A stretch of DNA of 25,081 nt from a virus (Duplodnaviria > Caudoviricetes): positions 1 through 25,081 of IMG/VR virus record IMGVR_UViG_3300048897_000074. The stretch is one strand, 5' to 3'. Both the position numbers and the translations under genes were made by a program. Positions 24,516 through 25,081 of this stretch are shown here, piece by piece. Position 1 is the first letter of the stretch, and every line of letters begins with the position of its first letter. The notes beneath the pieces are model-generated. The model worked only from the letters and a program-made list of their open reading frames with translations, made no database searches and was not told where the DNA came from.

Positions 24516-24805
24516 ATAAAGTAGGCGATTTGCGGGTGTGGTGGATTCCACAAGTACCTATGCATTCTTTTGAGGTAGATGTATCAAGCGTTAAAGAGGG
24601 CGCAAAGATATTAAAAGTTCTGGCTGATTATGACAAATTTCAATTTGAAAATAATGTTAAACCGGATTATTGCAACGCTGGCGGATTAGACCGTTGGTGC
24701 TCGAACTCTGATGGCGAAGGCACCCCAGGATGGGAAGGATGGTATGACGAAGAGACCGGCGAAGATGATATACAAGAATACTTAGAAGGGCTTCTAGATG
24801 AATGA
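24512..24805 (+). CDS. P22 gp17-like 'superinfection exclusion' family protein
   Basis: LRVWWIPQVPM..F.V.V.SV.EG.....LADYD.FQFENN.KPDYCNA.GL matches the gp17 family pattern as I recall it; RBS GGAG. Confidence 0.82.
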   Translation: MNKVGDLRVWWIPQVPMHSFEVDVSSVKEGAKILKVLADYDKFQFENNVKPDYCNAGGLDRWCSNSDGEGTPGWEGWYDEETGEDDIQEYLEGLLDE

Positions 24806-24986
24806 TCCATTGGATGATCGCATGCCCTGTAAAACCCCTGACTGTCGACGCCATGTCGATTTTGTTCGGCGTGAGTTAGGGTTGGATATTTGCTTTGCTT
24901 GCAGTGTGGGGGATATACGGAAAATCTCTGAGGCAGAGAGGATTGCTCGACAACGGTTTTTGTTAGCTTTTGGAGAAAAGGAATGA
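24798..24986 (+). CDS. small C4 zinc-finger protein, DksA/TraR-finger-like
   Basis: CKTPDC-x15-CFAC with RRELG; overlaps both neighbours. Confidence 0.55.
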   Translation: MNDPLDDRMPCKTPDCRRHVDFVRRELGLDICFACSVGDIRKISEAERIARQRFLLAFGEKE

Positions 24987-25081
24987 AGGCTTTTTTACTT
25001 AAATATCAAATCCAAATACTTTGCGTTGCCGGCTTTCTCATTGGCCTATCGATAGGCGGCAGTCTTTTGTATTTGGCTTAT
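24983..25081 (+). CDS. membrane protein, N-terminal fragment (runs off window)
   Basis: ATGA overlap, RBS GGAG; MKAFLLKYQIQILCVAGFLIGLSIGGSLLYLAY is hydrophobic. Confidence 0.5.
   Translation, partial: MKAFLLKYQIQILCVAGFLIGLSIGGSLLYLAY

Noticed and set aside
1-25081. CRISPR array, tRNA, rRNA, IS element, att site or host genes
   Set aside because: None recognised; intergenic gaps are too short and all recognisable genes are phage-type, so prophage versus free phage cannot be determined from this window.

Overview
25 kb segment of a tailed dsDNA phage with podovirus-type (P22-like) morphogenesis genes, infecting a Gram-negative host (it encodes Rz/Rz1 spanins). The + strand late operon runs: TerL 3' end, portal, small ORFs, scaffold, major capsid, decoration protein, a four-gene glycan-modification cassette (MAF/DUF115-like transferase, GT-B and GT8-like glycosyltransferases, SAM methyltransferase), head-tail adaptor, nozzle, GNAT, four DNA-ejection proteins, two receptor-binding proteins with a shared anchor domain, a lysis cassette and an exported FN3-like protein. 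A short leftward operon (acidic peptide, small proteins, ERF, SSB-like) and a rightward operon (Cro-like, HNH-AP2, P22 gp17-like) diverge from two sigma70 promoters that share one -35 box; there is no CI or integrase in the window. The most notable items are the translationally coupled glycosylation cassette next to the capsid genes (candidate virion glycosylation system) and a covarying hairpin found three times at identical spacing from Shine-Dalgarno sites of structural genes. All product calls come from motif recognition and synteny by eye; no searches were run.
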